DNA of 39,866 nucleotides, taken from NCBI GenBank assembly GCA_964527285.1, contig CAZGNQ010000001.1, forward strand, positions 1 through 39,866, in the 5' to 3' direction. The DNA is from an uncultured Hyphomicrobiales bacterium (GTDB lineage: Bacteria > Pseudomonadota > Alphaproteobacteria > Rhizobiales > CAZGNQ01). Positions 36,301 through 39,866 of the stretch are shown piece after piece. How positions within the stretch are numbered: the first letter of the stretch is position 1; the number at the start of each line of letters is the position of its first letter. The position numbers and the translations under genes are program-made. The notes below the pieces were generated by a model. The model was not told the origin of the DNA, made no database searches, and saw nothing but the letters and a program-made list of their open reading frames with translations.

Positions 36301-37374
36301 AAGTGCCACGTGCATTGCGACGTCACGTGGACCAAAGCCCTGGGCACTGTCACGCCACATATCGATGTGGCCAGACGACAGCGGCACCTGAAAGACCATC
36401 GCATCGCCCGCGCCGGGAAAGGGATTTAAATCGGCTCCCGTTGCCGATTGCCAGTCCGCCCCCCCAGCGTGCCCCCCAACCGTACCAAGCGCAAACGCGG
36501 TCGTGTTGATGATCGCTTGGGGCCGCACCCGATCGAGGGCCTCCCCAACGAAGGCGATGCAGGCATCGTTCTTCAGGGACGCCACGAACATTGGCAGTGG
36601 ACGAATGTTCCGGCTGAGGAGGTCGCCAACCAAGGCATCGATGCCGGCGTGATCTCCCGCCTGGGCCAGCGCGCGATAGAAAACGATCGGCACACACGGC
36701 GTGTCGGCGGACGTCGCCAGCGCTGCGGCCCCGGTATCCCACAGGGATGGAAAATCATCCCACGCGACGCGCGATCGCCCCGGCCAGTAGAGCCCGAACG
36801 GCGGGACAGGGCTCGCTTTGGGCCAGCGCGCGATGAAACGTTGCGGATCAGCTGCGAGGGCGCCCGCGGCACCGGGTTCAAGCAGCGTCGCCAAAGCCTC
36901 CAACGCGGCTGTTGCGTTGGCCACCCCACCCTGGACAAAGCAGTCATGGAGCGAGCGCACGACCTCGCCCGGCACGCTCGAATAAGCCTCCAGCGCCGGG
37001 TCGGGCTTGTCATCGCCCGGCAGCACGATGAGCTGGAAAGCCCCACGTTCGGCAAGACCGTGGAGAATATCGAGGCCGTAGGGCCAGTATCCCCGCCCGC
37101 CGAGCAGCCGCACAACCACGACCCGCGCGCCCGACAGCACCTGTTCGGCATAGAGGTCGATCGAGTAGTTGTGGCGCAACTGAAGAAGGTTCGCCAGACG
37201 CAGGGAAAACAAATCGTCCCCGCTTGCGCGCCCGCGCATGCCCGCAAAGGCGTCGCACAACAGCGCCAGTTCCGTATCGGCGGCGGAGAGCACAACGACG
37301 TCGCCGGGCGTCTGGCCAAGATCCACCGGTTCGCTGTCGTCGTGGGCCCCGCCCTGGACCGCCATGATGTGCAT
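33310..37374 (-). CDS. cobN: Cobaltochelatase large subunit CobN (1354 aa) with an internal (His-Gly)5 insertion
   Basis: MHIMAVQGGAHDDSEPVDLGQTPGDVVVLSAADTELALL..., HAGKHGNLEWLPGK and GGDDIAQALALMGVKP are CobN/Mg-chelatase H family signatures. RBS GGAG is present. Confidence 0.93.
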   Translation of the reverse strand: MHIMAVQGGAHDDSEPVDLGQTPGDVVVLSAADTELALLCDAFAGMRGRASGDDLFSLRLANLLQLRHNYSIDLYAEQVLSGARVVVVRLLGGRGYWPYGLDILHGLAERGAFQLIVLPGDDKPDPALEAYSSVPGEVVRSLHDCFVQGGVANATAALEALATLLEPGAAGALAADPQRFIARWPKASPVPPFGLYWPGRSRVAWDDFPSLWDTGAAALATSADTPCVPIVFYRALAQAGDHAGIDALVGDLLSRNIRPLPMFVASLKNDACIAFVGEALDRVRPQAIINTTAFALGTVGGHAGGADWQSATGADLNPFPGAGDAMVFQVPLSSGHIDMWRDSAQGFGPRDVAMHVALPEVDGRVLTRAVSFKGDRGRDPLTQLHRVGGMAIDDRSARVAEQVQGWLRLRETRREERRVAIVLANYPNRDGRIGNGVGLDTPASVVAILRSMAKAGYDTGAVPASGDELISLLLAGPTNAGIDPGRAVPARGSGPCDHLRPVLSLDEYTRRFAALPLTVRGGVTERWGAPESDPMVRDGVFHLPAVVAGSVAVAIQPARGYNIDPKATYHDPDLVPTHNYLAFYLWVRAAFDAHAVIHAGKHGNLEWLPGKALALSEDCYPDAVLASLPNIYPFIVSDPGEGSQAKRRTSAVIVDHMTPPMTRAESHGVLRDLEVLTDEYYAAAPVDARRAGVLADEILATAERLGITRDLGLTIPKRHAGGPNTNDREARQSALATLDNHLCDLKELQIRDGLHVFGESPQRVARRDTLVALLRVPDPSAVDRHGHGHGHGHGRGAGDGQPSAVWAQGSLLRALAYDLGLAAWGDGGPGFDPLDVDFAALWTGPRPEILCADADDPWRTAGDTVERLEALAADLVEGVRPPAQTWSATQAVLERLNQTIAPRLDACGPQELAGLHRALDGRFLSPGPSGAPTRGRADVLPTGRNFFSLDSRTLPTPTAWELGRRSAEAVIERYLQDHGDWPRAIAMSAWGTANMRTGGDDIAQALALMGVKPTWEAHSGRVTGYEIIPLSRLNRPRVDVTFRVSGFFRDAFPAQIDLIDAAARAVAALKDEGNENPLALRVGREREHMERNGMDPATADLLSGARVFGSKPGAYGAGLQAAMDEDIWENRGDLAEAYIAWGQYIYGKRAEGMAAPEALRSRLGSAEAVLHNQDNREHDILDSDDYYQFEGGLAVSIEAVKGAAVPVFHNDHSRPERPIVRPLEEEMGRVVRGRAANPKWIAGVMRHGYKGAFEMAATVDYLFAFAATTRAVGSHHFDALFDAYIEDAAMRTFLMEHNPDACLDMAERFGQAIERDFWKPRRNSARARLEEIMAEVRGEPTSAGRTAPLREENT
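34996..35025. repeat. Hexanucleotide microsatellite (GTGACC)4 + GTGACG inside cobN
   Basis: Read directly from the sequence. It encodes RHGHGHGHGHG on the minus strand. Confidence 0.9.
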
Positions 37375-37422
37375 CTGCGGCTCCGCGGCTTACGCTGGCG
37401 CAACACCGGCCAGCAGGCGCAC

Positions 37423-38541
37423 TCAAACGCCCGGCGTGGCAGCATCAGCCGGGTAAAACAGCGCAGCCAGCGCGTAATGGCGTGAGAGCACCACCTCCGG
37501 CGGCGTATCATCACCCAGGGCGATCACCTCCGGCAGAAGGTGCGTGTGCGGCGCGTTCGGCGTATGCATATCGCTGGACGGGATTTGCCCCGAGATCACA
37601 AGGCGGCCCATGCCGGTGTCGATCACACGGTCGGGCGAGGCGGCCAAAAGCTCAGCCCCCATGTCTGCGAGCAACCGCTCCAGCGGCGCGCCCAGGTGGT
37701 CGTGCAGGCGGGCGGCCAAAGCATCGTCCGTGACGCGGATGCTCATGCGATGTGAGGTGCGCGCAAGGCCAAGATCGAAAAGCGTTCCGGCATCATCGCC
37801 CGCGTCGTGGGCAACCGGAACAACCGGCGCTGCGTCAGCGCCTTCCAAAAGCGCCAGCCCGTCATTGGAGGGGACGGAAAACCGGTTCTTCAGCAGGCTC
37901 AGTGCGATTGCCTTTGGGGCGTCGGCCGCGCCGTGCGGATTATTGATCGCGAGCGCGCGCGTTTTTTCGTGCACGACAAGCCGCAGGCTGTGCGCACCAC
38001 AGCGGGCGGAAACGCGCATGCCATCGCGCTGCACGCTCCAGGGCGCTTCCGGCTCGGCCAGAAACTCACCAAGGGCGCCGGGCACGCCAAGCACCCAGGT
38101 GCCACATTTTTCGTCCAACGTTTCATGGATCACATCGGCGATCTCGTCCGGGGACCAGGGCAGCGGCAGCGTGGTCCGCCCCATGGCCGCCCGCCGTGCC
38201 GGCACCTCGCGCCACACTTTTTCGTGCAGATCGCGCCCGGCATCCTTCCACGCGGCAATTTCATCGCCCGTGCGCGCGCAGCCCATGCAGTAGCCGGATG
38301 CATCATCCATCGTGCAAATGCCGACGCACGGGCTTGCCATGCGCTCAGCGCTGTAGCCGGTGTTCGCCATGTGCCGCGCGATCACGGGGTTCGCTCGCGA
38401 TGGGTCAATTGTGCGGGCGTCCGCCGTCGCCGCGACGCCGTCGTCATGCGTCATCTCACTCAAGGCTGCCGCCACGTCATCACCCTGGGGTTGTGCATCT
38501 GATCGGTGCGCCGTTGCGCGCTGTGCGTATTTCCGCGCCAT
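37423..38541 (-). CDS. Uncharacterised protein: DUF1289-like Cys motif (CxxxC-x9-CxxC) followed by a ~270-aa domain with no recognisable family
   Basis: SPCVGICTMDDASGYCMGCARTGDEIAAW matches the DUF1289 pattern. The remainder (TLPLPWSPDEIADVIHETLDEKCGTWVLGVPGALGEF...HTHLLPEVIALGDD...HYALAALFYP) was not recognised. The start is uncertain, with in-frame ATGs at 38541, 38454, 38370 and 38340. Confidence 0.7.
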   Translation of the reverse strand: MARKYAQRATAHRSDAQPQGDDVAAALSEMTHDDGVAATADARTIDPSRANPVIARHMANTGYSAERMASPCVGICTMDDASGYCMGCARTGDEIAAWKDAGRDLHEKVWREVPARRAAMGRTTLPLPWSPDEIADVIHETLDEKCGTWVLGVPGALGEFLAEPEAPWSVQRDGMRVSARCGAHSLRLVVHEKTRALAINNPHGAADAPKAIALSLLKNRFSVPSNDGLALLEGADAAPVVPVAHDAGDDAGTLFDLGLARTSHRMSIRVTDDALAARLHDHLGAPLERLLADMGAELLAASPDRVIDTGMGRLVISGQIPSSDMHTPNAPHTHLLPEVIALGDDTPPEVVLSRHYALAALFYPADAATPGV

Positions 38542-38573
38542 CGCTATCAGCGCAAAATGCGTATCTGGACAAC

Positions 38574-38589
38574 ACCGCGCCGGCGCGGT
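38574..38589. other. Perfect 16-bp GC-rich palindrome ACCGCGCC|GGCGCGGT between cobW and the downstream gene
   Basis: Read directly from the sequence, about 20 nt after the cobW stop (38609-38611). It is followed by GTTGTCC on the minus strand, with no real U-tract. Confidence 0.3.
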
Positions 38590-38608
38590 TCAGCCCCGAG
38601 CGCCAGCG

Positions 38609-39694
38609 TTACGCCGCACTCGCGACGCGCGCAGCCGATCTCACCTCGCCGCCGAGCGCCCGCGCGATCCCGTCCAGGTCAAGTCCCTTCAGGCCGATCA
38701 CAACAAGCTGGCCTTGGCGCGGCTCGTCCGGCCGCCACGGGCGGTCATAGTAGGTGTGCACACTGCCGCCAACGCCCTGAGCGACCAACCGCATCGGTTT
38801 GCCCGACACTTCGAGAAAACCCTTCATACGCAGAACGCCGAAGTGCGATGCCATACCGGCGTACTGGACGGAAAGGATGCGCGGGTCGGAGATGGGGCCC
38901 AGCGCGATGATGCCGCTTTCGAAGTCGTCATGGTCGTGCGGCTCGTGATGGTGGTGGTCGTCATGTCCGCCGTGATGGTGGCCATGACGGCTCGCCAGAT
39001 CGTCTTCGGCACGCTGCCCCATGCCGATCAACACGTCGGCCGGCAGCCGCCCCTCAACCGCATCCACAATGCTGGCGGCTGCGCGTTTCTCCTTCGCCAC
39101 CGTTTCGCGAACACGGGCCAGCGTCTCGGCATCCACCAGGTCGGTCTTGTTCAGCACCACCAGGTCGGCACACCCGAGCTGATCCTCGAAAAGCTCATGC
39201 AGGGGGCTCTCATGGTCCAGCGTCTCGTCGGCCGCCCGCTGTGCCTGAATGGCTGATACGTCAGAAGCAAATGTGCCGGCTGCCACGGCGGGAGCGTCCA
39301 CAACGGTGACCACGCCGTCCACCGTGACGCGCGCCTTGACTTCGGGCCAATTGAACGCCTGGACGAGTGGTTGCGGCAAGGCCAGCCCGGAGGTCTCGAT
39401 CACGATGTGGTCGGGCGCAGGGTCGCGCGCCAGCAACAGCTCCATGGTCGGCACGAAATCATCGGCCACGGTGCAGCAGATGCAGCCGTTCGTCAGTTCC
39501 ACCACGTCATCCGGGCGACAGGTGGGATCATCACAGTCCGCGACCACGGCACCATCGACGCCAACGTCCCCGAACTCATTGATGATGAGTGCGATCCGGC
39601 GCCCGTTGGCGTTGGCGAGCAGGTTGCGGATCAGCGTGGTCTTGCCCGCACCGAGGAACCCGGTGATCACGGTGGCAGGAATGCGTTCAGCCAT
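38609..39694 (-). CDS. cobW: CobW (COG0523 G3E GTPase metallochaperone) with an internal His-rich tract
   Basis: VITGFLGAGKTTLIRNLL (P-loop), NGCICCTV (CxCC metal site), NKTDLV, and the His tract HGHHHGGHDDHHHHEPHDHDD. RBS GGGAG is present. Confidence 0.92.
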   Translation of the reverse strand: MAERIPATVITGFLGAGKTTLIRNLLANANGRRIALIINEFGDVGVDGAVVADCDDPTCRPDDVVELTNGCICCTVADDFVPTMELLLARDPAPDHIVIETSGLALPQPLVQAFNWPEVKARVTVDGVVTVVDAPAVAAGTFASDVSAIQAQRAADETLDHESPLHELFEDQLGCADLVVLNKTDLVDAETLARVRETVAKEKRAAASIVDAVEGRLPADVLIGMGQRAEDDLASRHGHHHGGHDDHHHHEPHDHDDFESGIIALGPISDPRILSVQYAGMASHFGVLRMKGFLEVSGKPMRLVAQGVGGSVHTYYDRPWRPDEPRQGQLVVIGLKGLDLDGIARALGGEVRSAARVASAA

Positions 39695-39866
39695 GGTGAG
39701 CTCCCGAATGGGCGATGGTTGGTGCGTGCTGCACGACGACGATTGACCTGGGGCCGATCTTTGCTTCGGCTAGGCGAGGCTGACCGTTTGTGTCAATCGC
39801 GTGACGCCATGGGCACGCCCGCACGGTGCAAATGACGCAGAGGCCGGAGGGGCACTGCGCGCCCCG

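Noticed and set aside
1-39866. Searched by eye for tRNA T-loop/acceptor patterns, rRNA, CRISPR repeat-spacer arrays, transposase or integrase ORFs, and terminal inverted repeats.
   Set aside because: None was found. All large ORFs are accounted for by the genes listed, and no mobile-element hallmarks flank the cob cluster within the window.

Overview
High-GC chromosomal segment, probably alphaproteobacterial (a 5-aminolevulinate synthase-type hemA is present). No tRNA, rRNA, CRISPR array or IS element was recognised. Left to right: (1) a truncated hisC-like aminotransferase. (2) A translationally coupled pair, a secreted trypsin-like protease plus an FHA-domain polytopic membrane protein, flanked by short tandem repeats. 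(3) A Dpp/Opp/Nik-type ABC importer operon interrupted by a SAM-dependent methyltransferase. (4) hemA (ALAS). (5) A split ccm set, ccmE divergent from ccmC and ccmD. (6) A ~24.5 kb cobalamin cluster: cobB, cobA, MFS gene, cbiD, cobK, cobM, cbiG-cobJ fusion, cobI, cobL, cobH, cbiX, cobC, cobD, cobQ, cobO, cobN, an unknown Cys-motif protein, cobW. Most worth a second look: the cluster carries the hallmarks of the early-cobalt-insertion route (long-form CbiX, full CbiG, CbiD) with no CobG, CobZ or CobF in the window, yet also encodes CobN and CobW. An uncharacterised DUF1289-like fusion protein sits between cobW and cobN. An MFS transporter is ATGA-coupled to cobA. A 437-bp divergent control region has partial cobalamin-riboswitch-like motifs. 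All functions are inferred by eye from motifs in the translations; no searches were run. Start codons are often ambiguous because the supplied ORFs are maximal and some begin at TTG or GTG.
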